From assembly GCA_030704615.1 (NCBI GenBank), contig CM060731.1, positions 81,282,001-81,346,000 on the forward strand: a DNA stretch of 64,000 nucleotides, read 5' to 3'. This stretch comes from Takakia lepidozioides. Taxonomy: Eukaryota > Plantae > Bryophyta. A program made the position numbers and the translations under genes. This document shows positions 1 through 12,210 of this stretch, one piece after another (within the stretch, counting starts at the first letter, position 1; the number at the start of each line of letters is the position of its first letter). The notes under the pieces are model-generated. The model was not told where the DNA came from, did no database searches, and was given only the letters and a program-made list of their open reading frames with translations.

Positions 1-2570
1 ACGACCATCCCCTGACTGCCATCCAGGCCTGTAGAATGCTGACTCCTCCCAAAAATCCAGGGTGAAGCCCATGGGGTATAACACTGCCCCACCAACGAGG
101 ACATCATAGAGACCGCGTCTGTTACAATGGCCTTGGCTCGCATTACTGAGCCATCGATAGGATGATCCGGCTGCAGTATAATGGCCAACTGATGCCGTGT
201 CATGCCCCGAGCCTGCTCTGATCCTCCCAGAGATGTCTGTATCTGGAAAGGACAAGGCTCCATATCCGCCTCGATAAGGCCCAAACCTGCAATAGCAGCT
301 CTGCCCAACATCAGTGGCTGAGCTCCCGAGTCCACAAGACCTGCAGTGGCCGGACTTCTTGCCTGCCGGTCCACTCAAAGAGAAAATGCCATCCTGGTTG
401 TCTAACAAGACAACTCCAGGTGTCACCATGGCGCGCTCAAAGGCTGGCCTAGCTGGCAGCTCCGTTCAACCTGGCAGCTGCAGCTTGCCAGGGCGCAGCC
501 GTGGCAGTCTTGACCCTTAAATCCGGGGATCCCTCTGCCACTACACCTTCCACTAACTCCGCAGAAGATGAAGTGACCTCCCCACTCTCACAGAGTGTTG
601 CTGCTAGTCTGAACACTGCAGCTGGCCTTACCCCCGGCATCGCAATCATGGTTGCCGAGAACAATGGGGCTTGACACACAGAGGTGGCTGCCCCCAATAA
701 CACACCGGCTGCACTAGCCTTGGTAGCAGGTGTCAGTGCTGCACGTGTAGCTCTCCCCAATGGCATAGTAACCTCCGCCTCAGTAACAGTCGGGCGAGAA
801 CTAGGTGCCATGGATGGCGTCGACACAGTCTCCGCCAATGTGAATGACTGAGGAAGCCTCGCCTGACGGCTTGCCTCCCCACGCTGTGGATCCAATTCCA
901 CCTCTGCACCTCGTGGCTCAGGAACTCGTGTTGCTCCTCGAGTAACTGCTGCAGCAGACTCCACCTGCTCTAGTGGTAGTGCTGCTCCGCACATGAATCC
1001 CATGCCTCCCATATCTCCTCCCTCAGGAGCAGGAGGTGGACCATCCCGCCTGGGAGTCGGTACCGCCTGAGCTATAGCCATGGCAGCGAGCCTCTGCTCT
1101 AGCTGCTGAAGCCGATTGGCCATGCCTTGGTCAACACCCTGACCTCCGCGTCCTTAGCCATGTGGAGCTTGCCCTTGGCCTGCACCTCGTGCCCGACCAC
1201 CTCGTCCTCTTGGGCTGGTCCACCTCGCCCCGGCCACCATTATTCCCTTGGAACTGGCCTGGGCGCAACTCAGGATGCAAGTCATAACACTGGGCATCTC
1301 CATGCCCATACTTGCCGCAATGCCCACACTGCAACTGTGCAGGCTGTGCTTGTGCCGGCCTTTTGCCACTCTCTGGGCAATCTCTCTTGACATGGGGTCC
1401 TCCACATGTCCAACATATCACCCCTGGTTGCTGTTGGCCTGCAAAAGATGTCACGGGCCTCTGCACCTGAGGTCCCCTGTAAGCTCCATGGAACTTGGGC
1501 TGGGCAACCTTGCCCCCCTGACCACGTTGTTGGGCAGTCCCTTGTGCCTGTGGGCTCACAGCTGTGCCCCGTGCAGGCATGTCCTTGCCAAATCCAATTG
1601 TAACAACTCGCTCCTCCACCATGTTGAGCTCAATCCGCTCAGCCAGCAGAAACACATCTGTTAATGTAGGTTGGGCTGCTTGTAACAGGGTTGCATCTCG
1701 CACCCTTCTCTTGAGCTCCTTGTCCAGAATTCCATACCAAAACTGGATTGCCTGAGCTTCAGTAACCCCTTGGGTCACACTTATCAAGCGCCTCATACGA
1801 GTGTACGCCTCTCGCAGGCTCTCACTGGGTTTGCGCTGGAAGTCTTGCAAACTTCGCAGCTTCTCTGTCCGTACACCTTGGTAGTTCCTCCGCAACTCCT
1901 GGAAGAACTCCACCACCGGGTTGAATCTAGGCACATGTGTTGTAGTCGTGGCAGGAGGAGTAGTAGCACCTTTTGAACTGGTACCACCTACAGAAGTACC
2001 AGCACTACTTGCTCCACTACTAGTGCTGGCAGTGGGAGCTATTGGTACTGATGCAGCTACTGGTCGCGTCGTGCCTCGAGTAATGGAGACGTAGTCAGGC
2101 GACCAATACATCCTCCACTCCTTAATCTCTGCTTCATGTCCTTGCCTGAACTCGTGGTAATCGTCCATAGGCGGGCCTTCCAAATGCTGGAACAGTCCCT
2201 TCCACGCCATGAATGGGGTGAATAGTTGTGGATTGAACATCTGCTGCAAATCACACCAGCTGTTGAACTCCTGGATAAAGTCATCCAACTCGATTGTGCC
2301 CACAGCTCCAGAGTACCTATGAGGCCCCTTGGTAGCTCCATACATCTCCTCCATGTCGTCCCACAACAATGGCGAATGAAAGTGCACACCAGTTGATGAA
2401 GCCTCCGAGTCTGTGTCTGACTCTACAGTAATTGAGGGTGGCGGTGAAGGTGGTCTGAACCGAATACCTCGTCTTGTGAACCCACTCTCACTGTTACTGC
2501 CTGTAGCCATACTCCCCTCAAAACCCTTGGGTAACTCCGTAATGACACTCACAATGTGCACCTCCTCCAC
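1..2570 (-). pseudogene. gag: gag (two CCHC zinc knuckles) + aspartic protease, disrupted
   Basis: ORF 1131-2570 has CWTCGGPHVKRDC and CGHCGKYGHGDAQC. ORF 449-1123 and bases 1-420 align with the 47502-49481 polyprotein, including DSGAQPLMLG (frameshifted near 335) and DFWEE..YRP.WQ.GD. Confidence 0.85.
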
Positions 2571-3088
2571 GTGACACTATAAGGCTCTAGTACTAATCTA
2601 ATAGTGACACGGGTGGGCACCTGTTGCAGTTTAAGGGTCATATTCCAATGGCTCGGGGCACCTGCACCTGCATCCACCACAAGAACTCCTATGGTTGGCT
2701 GGTCATCAACCCAGCCTCACCATAGAAGAAACACTGGTGGTCTTGCTGGTCATCACTCCAGCCTCACCACCGACAGCATACTCTAGGATTGACCGGTGAT
2801 CAAATCCGGCCTAATCCCTATGAAAGCAAGCGCCCACACAAAACCAACATGGCGCACAGTCAAGCATGCAGGTGTTGGGGGGGATCCAAACACAAGAAAT
2901 CAAAACATCAACACCCCCACACCAAATCCAGCAGCAACGCTGATCCTGCAGAATATCCCAGCTCAAAACCCCGGATTGACTGGCCTCCACCAAGAGAGGC
3001 TTTGGCAACTACAAGTACAAGGTAATGAAAATAGTACAGAGATGGAGGGGAAGAATAGAAGCCCGCCCAAGCAAGATCTAATCCTGAT

Positions 3089-3784
3089 CTATGCTATCAA
3101 CTTCCAGACTTCTCTCAAAGTGCCTCGCTCTGCTTGATGGTAAGGTGTAGGAGGTATATCTATGTCAAGAAACCTGCCACTAACCTTGTCCCAAGCTACA
3201 GTAGCTCGCTCTAACCAACCCTCCTCCTCTTTCTGCCAGGTAGAGACAAAGCAATACTCCCCTATCTCCCGCTCACTGAACACTAAAGAAAACAAAGGTA
3301 GGGTCTGATAGTCTCTCAACTCGAAAGCTTTGAGACGGTTGCGGGTGTCCTCATTGCGAATGACTGCATCTCCTTCACGCACAACAAACATGTCATTGCT
3401 GATGAACCCCCGCTCGTGGTTGCCCTGTGCAGAGCGTATCCGGCTGCAACCGTGTCTGATTGCACAAACTTGTGTAGCTCCTGCTCCTCTGCTCCAGTAC
3501 ACCACGGCCTTGTGGCTGAACACCTTGGTCCCCAAGGCTGTCTTTGGCTGTGTTCCAAGCCTAGCTTTCACCCACTTTGGTATTTCACCTACAGCTGCAG
3601 AACTGCTGGCTCCAACAGAGTTCTGACTGTCCAAGGCGATATCGAGGCCCTCAATGCCAACTACAGCAGTCTGTTGTCTACTGCTAATGCCTGACTCCCA
3701 GTATGCAATCAACTCGTCCAACTGTTCTCCACTCAAATCAGTCTGAGTTCCTTGGGAAACATAATCCTGTCCCCTTGTGTGCAC
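3089..3784 (-). CDS. hypothetical 231-aa ORF in the retroelement leader, upstream of gag
   Basis: Uninterrupted, non-repetitive, globular-looking ORF on the element's sense strand. No motif recognised. Confidence 0.4.
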   Translation of the reverse strand: MHTRGQDYVSQGTQTDLSGEQLDELIAYWESGISSRQQTAVVGIEGLDIALDSQNSVGASSSAAVGEIPKWVKARLGTQPKTALGTKVFSHKAVVYWSRGAGATQVCAIRHGCSRIRSAQGNHERGFISNDMFVVREGDAVIRNEDTRNRLKAFELRDYQTLPLFSLVFSEREIGEYCFVSTWQKEEEGWLERATVAWDKVSGRFLDIDIPPTPYHQAERGTLREVWKLIA

Positions 3785-4587
3785 AGGCTAAGAGAAGAGA
3801 CCTGCCCTTCAATTACGTCCTCATTTCCCCCAGCCATGCAAGGAGTACATCCACAGATTTATGTCTCATGTAGACCACAACAGATTCTGGACACAGAATT
3901 GTGGATCTTTCATAGCACACTCACACTCTAAAAATTCCACAGATTTTTAGCAGAGTCCCCAAAACAAAAACCAGGTGTAGATATGTAGATTTCCCCTTTC
4001 TGCAGCTATCCACCCAAAAACTGAGTCAAACGGAGTCCATTTGACAAAGTTATGACCAACCAGGCTCTAAATCATTTAAATTATATCAAAGTTTTTTTTT
4101 TTTTTTTTAAACACCAAAACGTTCCCGCCATTAAGAACCGTTCCCAGGTTTCATTTGTGGTTACAGGTGCACCACAGACTTGCTCGCTTAGTGAGCTGCT
4201 TTGCTCCAGCGACGACTCTCGAGCTCGGGTGTATGGCTATGGCGATGGTGATGGCCTGTGCAGCGTCAGGCATCTGTTTCTCGTGATGCAAGCACTCGAG
4301 CCATCCCTAATGCAGGGACAAGCCCTGATGATACTCTGTCAGAACCTGGTGGGCAGCTGCCATCTGCACTTGCTCTCTCTTCAGACAATCTTCGGACCTA
4401 GTGTCAAATGTGGAAGTGATGAAGGAGCTTATTGACAAAGGCAACTGTGTTGGACTATCCACAGAGTAGAGAGTAACCAGATCAGCTTCGTCATTTAGTT
4501 GAAGCTTGGAGCATAGGTCTGCATACTCCGATAGGGCAAGGCACTATCTCAATTCAGGTAGCGATCATGTTCAATGTAGAAGCATAC

Positions 4588-4650
4588 CCGCTAGCGGTAT
4601 ACTGATCCACCGCAACATCCCCGTTGGACTTGTCTGCAATGTTCCCTGCA
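4588..4650 (-). pseudogene. captured fragment of a glycoside hydrolase family 1 (beta-glucosidase) exon
   Basis: ctgcag|GGAAC... translates GNIADKSNGDVAVDQY, followed by a frameshifted (H)RY-like stretch. This is the conserved GH1 N-terminal motif, preceded by a splice-acceptor-like sequence. Confidence 0.6.
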
Positions 4651-5356
4651 GCTTTGCAAGCTCGTGTACCGAGTGTCTGGCCAAGTTGGGCAGCAACAGC
4701 ATTCAGACTGGCCACAAACTTCAAGGTTGGATAACCACTCACTCCATATCTCGGTCACAGGTCTCCTCTGTCTTTGAGCTATGTTGGGTGGACTTGCTGG
4801 AGGGGAAGGTTGCTGGTCATTCCAACTGACACCAAGCATTTCAGTTCAGCCTTCTACCCGGCCGGCGCTACCACTGCCGTTGATGTCCTACCAGCCAATG
4901 TCCCCGACCCCGTGCTTGCGACCCTACGCCACCACGCAGCGTAGCTACGGCGTGAGCCCAGCCCCGTGAGCCTGGGAGCTGAGCTCACGTTCAAGCTTTG
5001 AAGCGTGAGCTGAGCTCACGCTTCCCTGAAGCGTGAGCGGCATGAATCTGCTGGAGAAGCAGGTCCTATAGGCGAGGATTGCAGGAAGAGGGCCTATTAC
5101 CGTGGACAAAACAAAGGAGGCCACCATGCACCATGTCTGCAATGCGTGCCAAAAAAGAGGAATATGTAAATATGGCAGATTTGAGCTCAGAATGATTGAC
5201 ACAGTTTATTTCAATTCACAGAGAGACGCTTACAATGAATCGCAAGTGCATTTGCCCTGGTTCCGTGAACGAAATGTATATGTTTGTCATAAAATGAAAA
5301 GTCTTCACACGGCAACCTGGAAACCAGCATGGGAAGCGGGCATGGCTCGTATGTGT

Positions 5357-8300
5357 TCAAAGAGAAGTTGGCGGAGCTCTACGCGAGGTGTCCCGCTGCA
5401 GAAGGGTGATGACTTCTCCGTAGCCTAGTGTGGCTTGGTGAATGAATTGGTCTCTCTTACCGTCGCAACACATAATTACAAGGTATATGTAATATTGATG
5501 CTTGCAGGGGACCCACTTCCCTCTCATGCCGAGAGCGCCCTCACGCATCGTTACAAAATCCGGACAAGTGCACGATGGGAAATTCCCGATGGTAACCTGA
5601 TATTCTTTGGCATGAAGAACTGAGCCAATTGACAGCACTGTGTAAATCCGTCCATACCCCGGGGAAGGGACTTCGGTGATACGAGTCACCCTAGCCTGCA
5701 AAATTCTAGCCGATTCCATCTTGCATTCGTGATCTGCACCCGAAGCAACACGGCGCACTGTTTTTCCATCTCTTTTTGTTGGGTGGGAGTCGGCACCGGG
5801 TGGAGGCATTGTCGGAGCATGTGGCACATCTGTGCCAACAGTGCATAAGGGCACCACCCGGGACCGTGCAAGACAAAACCCTCCCTCCTCCAGCATGCTT
5901 ATCTCGGTTGAGGACAGCGATGTCCCAATTTTCACAGGCCAAATTGCGGGGGGAGGGGGCTTCATTATCACGGAAGGACGAACTGTTCCCTTCACGCATC
6001 GTGCCATATCGTCTGGGCAGAACCAAAACTTGTGCTCTTTTGACTCCCCACTATGATAAGGTCGGAACAACCCTGTGAATGTTGGAGCTGGAGTCCCCCT
6101 GGAGCCTTTGCATATTTTTGATTTGCATTTCTTGAATGAGGGGGTCCGAATTGCCATGCAAGCCACTCTAGATCCTGGTGGGGTGCGTTCTATATGCCAG
6201 TCACTATCAATGCAATCAGATTCCTGCACCATGGCCACCACCTCCTCCAATGGGATTTCCGCTGCTATGCTTGCATGTTCTGCACCTGCTCCACAGGAGG
6301 AGGACCCACCTGGGAAGGGGCCGGCACAGGACTTAGTCTGCACTGGAGACACCTTTGGCACAGAGAAATTGACCCTGTCTGGCCTATGGGAATCTCCATC
6401 TGACCCTGGAAGAGTGTTTAGTTTCCTTTTGCATGATCCAAATCTTTCCTCGCCTTCCAAATGGGGGAGCCTGGATTGCAGAGGGGAGCCTTCAGTGCAC
6501 CTGTTTAGAGCTCTGGCCATCTTTGACGGGTCTCCGGACCTACTCGCAGCCCTTAGCATCAACAAAGTCGTATCGGGGCCCTTCCCTCCACCCCGTCCCA
6601 TCAGAAAATTGCGGTACCTGGTTTGTTGTGTAAGTGCCCGCACCATGTCATCAGTAGTGGCCACATACAAGTCACGACCTGCTTTGGTAGACTGTTGCAT
6701 CCAGGCGTTGTGAACAGTCTCTGCCAAATTACACGATGGCATGTCGGCCAAGTCCTCCAAGGACATGTCCTGCAGGAGGCATTGCATGGAAATGTGAGGA
6801 AGGAAAAGAAATGGTAGAGGTTCTTCAAGTGACAATCGAACAACCCCAAATGAACAGGCACGATGCAAAGTGCAATTTGTGTTTAAGGAAAACTTGTGAG
6901 GCTTACCGTCGTCATGAAAGCTCCCCACTGTCTGTACCTGAAGTGCCAGAAAACCAACCAGTCCTCCAACTCCTTCAGGTGGATACCTGTAGCAGCACCA
7001 GAGGAGAACCACCAAGCCCGGATTGCCTGGTAAGTGCTCTCAGCTTCTCCCATTGAGGTGGCATTCTTGTACTTCAGACAGAGCCTTCTATGCTCCAACT
7101 GAAGGTCAGGGCGAATGCAGCGCTTTGTATGACGTGCCAGAGATTGACTCCAATGGAAGAGGCATGTGCGCTCCCTATTTTCCATTGGGACCTTAGGATC
7201 CCCCGAACCAAACACGCGCCGCACTGCATTGAAATTTGCCTGTGCACTATCAGCCATGAAGCCCGCAAAATTTGTGTTCTGTATTCCATTGCGCTGCATG
7301 ACGGCCAGGAGGGAATTCCACATGAGCATCTGGGATTCAGTGTCCTCCGACTGCATATCACAAATTGCTATGGAGAGCACACGCTGGTACGCTGGATCAT
7401 ACACATGGCACGCCATGGTTGTCCAACCCTTCACCCGTTTGCAGTGATCAAACATTAACCAACATTTAGCCAAATCTCCTCCAGGTTGCATTCGGCGGAC
7501 AATGCTCACACCACTGCCTTGGCCCACAGCGGACATCTTGAACAAATACACTTTGGACGAGCCCTGGCCAGGGAACATACTGTTTTGAATGAATTCATAG
7601 CGACTCCTCCGTTTGAGGTCCATAATGTTGTCCATGAATCCAGCAGTGCCTGTGCCCATTCTGAGTGCATTCACCTGGTTTCGAATATTGGGAGAGCTCA
7701 ACACGGAGAAATGGTCCATGACTGCCTCAAGGGAATCTGCATCCAGCATTGGCTGTGTCGCATCCCCTTCACCCAATATGTGTTTTTCCAGGAATGCCTT
7801 GCTAGCTGCAAGCGCTATAGCAGAAGGTGTTGCACAAGGGGCATTGTGGAACTCTTGCTTCAGTAGATTTCTAGCGATGTCCACGCTATCCCTGCAACTC
7901 CCTTTGGACACAGGATGCTCGTGTGCACCCATATGAATGCAGGCACGAGTCATTGTCTTGCATCGATGTGCCACCTGATACATACGAGCGTGGCAAACAG
8001 AAACACAGGACGGGGAAAGTTTGCAGAACCTGCACACAAAAGTATTGGTCTTGGGAGGTGCAAGCCCTGGGGTGAAAGGATTCAGGGGCACACCTTCCCA
8101 CTCACTTTCGTTTGGCTGAGCGTGTTTCTCAGCCGAGGGCAAGAAATATTCAGGCACTTGCAATGCCCAACGCAAACCGACCTCCGAAATTTCAAGCCAA
8201 TGTCGTTATGGATGTTCGACGTTTTTGTCCTACACCAAGGATGTCCGTCATGTTTCTTGTCCATGCCCTGCAGAAGCCCAGCCAGTCCACTGGAAGACGT

Positions 8301-8937
8301 GGGAGGGTTGAGCTCAAACAAGATGTCCCCATCAAACTGAGCTGGCACGTATTGAACCCGTTGCACTGGAAGGGACTCCCAATCAACAAAACGTAGCTCG
8401 CTCTTGCACCCAGGCACACCTGCGAGGGCTTTCAATTTTGGAATGACACTTGTTATCTCTTGCAATTCGTCATCATCCAATAAGGGAGTTTGCACTGGCG
8501 GAGGAATCTCAGAAACATCCTCCGAGGACGAGTCTGAAAGAGTCACGAAGGTAGTGGATGTGCTCACCTCTTGTTTCACAGGAACTGTGCCCTTCTGTTG
8601 CACGACCGATGCTGCAGTGCCAGGGGTAACGACTGATCCTGCTGATTGTCTTCTCTCTTTTCCAAGGACACGGTATGTTCCTGGAAGGACTCTCCACTTC
8701 CTTCCACACTCGCCAACCAAGGGTTTCTCCAAGTGCCCAGAATCCAAATTCCCATCCTCGTCATACACCTCTTTCTGAACAAGCAGAGAACCCAACTCCA
8801 GCGGGAACACTGTAACCAGCTCATCCTCATGAACAACTGCATACCCATCGTCGTCTGCAGTGGCAGTCAGTGGAAGAGTACCTACATTGGAATGGAATCG
8901 AGCGAGTGCATCTCGCTCCCTCGACATGTTTTCCATC
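5357..8937 (-). pseudogene. MULE-type DDE transposase with N-terminal Cys/His (WRKY/GCM-like) domain and C-terminal SWIM finger; one intron (6770-6906), one frameshift near 8130
   Basis: Motifs WLMFDHCKR, FMADSAQA, CLFHW (CxxH), CNLAETVH, and SWIM CTCPDF...CKHQ. GT-AG intron at the same position as in the paralog at 24055-25915. Start codon is uncertain. Confidence 0.85.
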
Positions 8938-9464
8938 ACTGAACGAAACTGGCGATTCAGAACGGAATCCCCGAACTGAGAGCCCGTAATTATCGAAAGT
9001 GGAAATACCACCAGCAAACTGAGGTCAACAAGGGTAGCACCAAACCAAAGGCTGCCGGCGATGCATGCCAAGGATGTAGGGATGACGTGCACCTTCACCT
9101 CCCACCAACCAGAAAAACCGTTTTGAAAGACCAGAGCCACAAGAAGCCGTGTTGTTTTTGGATGAAAAACAAACCCTGAAAATGACATGAAACCATCCAT
9201 TATGAAATGACGGCAACAACCCTGGAGAGCAGTAAACAGGAAGATCCGATTGTAATGAGATTGTGTTGCGCCAGAATAGCACAGAACAAACACTGACACT
9301 CCAAGAGATACCTCGCACGAATGTGTGCAACACATGGTCATATCCGACACAATCCTTTATACCGAATGACCCCATGGGGACGATCACGGCAAAAAAAAAA
9401 CCACAGGGCAGGCAGTACAACACACGTGGATGCATATGTGAAGCATAACAGATATTGCGAATCT

Positions 9465-12040
9465 GTTGCCGCACACTGTTTGAGCTGCACATGTCACTGT
9501 TTAAGGGTGCAAAATTCTTCCTTGAACGACACCTTTCTGAGGATGAAATGAACCCCGCACTGCCAGCTCAAACAGTGTGCAGCAACGCACACTGTTTGAG
9601 CAGATCTTTTCAATGTTTTAGGGTGCAAAATTTGGCCTTGGAGTCAGTTATCTGCGGGTGAAATGAACCCTTCACTGCCAACCCAAACAGTGTGCGGCAA
9701 CGCACACTGTTTGAGCTGAACATTTCAATGTTTTAGGGTGCAAAATTTGGACTTCAGGGGCACCTTTCTGAGGATGGAATGAACCCTGCACTGCCAGCTC
9801 AAACAGTGTGCGGCAATGCACACTGTTTGAGCTGAACATTTCAATGTTTTAGGGTGCAAAATTTGGACTGCAGGGGCACCTATCTGAGGATGAAATGAAC
9901 CCTTCACTGCCAGCCCAAATAGTGTGCGGCAACGCACACTGTTTGAGCTGAACATTTCAATGTTTCAGGGTGCAAAATTTGGACTTCAGGGGCACCTTTC
10001 TGAGCATGAAATGAACCCTGCACTGCCAGCTCAAACAGTGTGCGGCAACGCACACTGTTTGAGCTGAACATTTCAATGTTTAAGGGTGCAAAATTTGGAC
10101 TTCATGGGCACCTTTCTGAGGATGGAATGAACCCTGCACTGCCAGCTCAAACAGTGTGCGGCAACGCACACTGTTTGAGCTGAACATTTCAATGTTTTAG
10201 GGTGCAAAATTTGGTCTTGCTGTCTGTTATCTGAGGTTGAAATGAACCCTTCACTGCCAGCTCAAACAGTGTGCGGCAACGCACACTGTTTGAGCAGATC
10301 TTTTCAATGTTTTAGGGTGCAAAATTTGGTCTTGCTGTCTGTTATCTGAGGGTGAAATGAACCCTTCACTGCCAGCTCAAACAGTGTGCGGCAACGCACA
10401 CTGTTTGAGCTGAACATTTCAATGTTTCAGGGTGCAAAATTGGGACTTCAGGGGCACCTATCTGAGGATGAAATGAACCCTTCACTGTCAGCCCAAACAG
10501 TGTGCGGCAACGCACACTGTTTGAGCTGAACATTTCAATGTTTCAGGGTGCAAAATTTGGACTTCAGGGGCACCTATCTGAGGAAGAAATGAACCCTTCA
10601 CTGTCAGCCCAAACAGTGTGCGGCAACGCACACTGTTTGAGCTGAACATTTCAATGTTTCAGGGTGCAAAATTTGGACTTCAGGGGCACCTATCTGAGGA
10701 TGAAATGAACCCTTCACTGTCAGCCCAAACAGTGTGCGGCAACGCACACTGTTTGAGCTGAACATTTCAATGTTTCTGGGTGCAAAATTTGGACTTCAGG
10801 GGCACCTATCTGAGGATGAAATGAACCCTGCACTGCTAGCTCAAACAGTGTGCGGCAACGCACACTGTTTGAGCAGATCTTTTCAATGTTTTAGGGTGCA
10901 AAATTTGGTCTTGCTGTCTGTTATCTGAGGTTGAAATGAACCCTTCACTGCCAGCTCAAACAGTGTGCGGCAACGCACACTGTTTGAGCAGATCTTTCAA
11001 TGTTTTAGGGTGCAAAATTTGGTCTTGCTGTCTGTTATCTGAGGGTGAAATGAACCCTTCACTGCCAGCTCAAACAGTGTGCGGCAACGCACACTGTTTG
11101 AGCTGAACATTTCAATGTTTCAGGGTGCAAAATTTGGACTTCAGGGGCACCTATCTGAGGATGAAATGAACCCTTCACTGTCAGCCGAAACAGTGTGCGG
11201 CAACGCACACTGTTTGAGCTGAACATTTCAATGTTTCTGGGTGCAAAATTTGGACTTCAGGGGCACCTATTTGAGGATGAAATGAACCCTTCACTGTCAG
11301 CCCAAACAGTGTGCGGCAACGCACACTGTTTGAGCTGAACATTTCAATGTTTCTGGGTGCAAAATTTGGACTTCAGGGGCACCTATGTGAGGATGAAATG
11401 AACCCTTCACTGTCAGCCCAAACAGTGTGCGGCAACGCACACTGTTTGAGCTGAACATTTCAATGTTTTAGGGTGCAAAATTTGGTCTTGCTGTCTGTTA
11501 TCTGAGGATGAAATGAACCCTTCACTGTGAGCCCAAACAGTGTGCGGCAACGCACACTGTTTGAGCTGAACATTTCAATGTTTCAGGGTGCAAAATTTGG
11601 ACTTCAGGGGCACCTATCTGAGGATGAAATGAACCCTTCACTGTCAGCCCAAACAGTGTGCGGCAACGCACACTGTTTGAGCTGAACATTTCAATGTTTT
11701 AGGGTGCAAAATTTGGTCTTGCTATCTGTTATCTGAGGTTGAAATGAACCCTTCACTGCCAGCTCAAACAGTGTGCGGCAACGCACACTGTTTGAGCTGA
11801 ACATTTCAATGTTTTAGGGTGCAAAATTTGGACTTCAGGGGCACATTTCTGAGGATAAAATGAACCCTTCACTGTCAGCTCAAACAGTCTGCGGAACCGC
11901 ACACTGTTTAAGCAGAACATATCAATATTGAAGGGCGCAACATTCGGCCCTCATGGGCAGATATCTGAGGATGAAATGAATCCTTTACTGCCAGCTCAAA
12001 CAGTGTGCGGCAACGCACAATGTTTGAGCAGAACTTTTCA
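9465..12040. repeat. tandem array, ~116-bp unit, ~22 copies, each with an 18-bp-arm palindrome
   Basis: cag(c/t)(t/c)caaacagtgtgcg-gcaa-cgcacactgtttgagc recurs every ~116 bp from ~9570 to ~12000. Two main variants of an internal ~19-bp segment. Confidence 0.97.
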
Positions 12041-12210
12041 ATGTTCTTTCCCTGTGAAAATCGGGAACATAGGGCAGGTCCGTGAGGATCAATGAACACT
12101 TACCTGGCAGCTCAAAGAACACTTACCTGTTTGATCCCACTTTTTCATGCATCAGTCGACGTTTCATTCCTCTCTTATAAGAATTTGAGTGAACAACCTT
12201 GCAGGAGAAA

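Noticed and set aside
1123-1230. Programmed gag-pol frameshift in copy 1
   Set aside because: No slippery site was evident and the copy has other frameshifts and stops, so mutational decay is more likely.
8938-9350. Hydrophobic N-terminal extension of the transposase ORF
   Set aside because: It looks like T-rich leader or intron sequence read through. Coding-like composition starts near MENMSRERD.
9465-12040. CRISPR array (palindromic ~36-40-bp repeats at regular spacing)
   Set aside because: The intervening sequences are near-identical with only two main variants, so there are no unique spacers. No cas genes are present and the context is eukaryotic.
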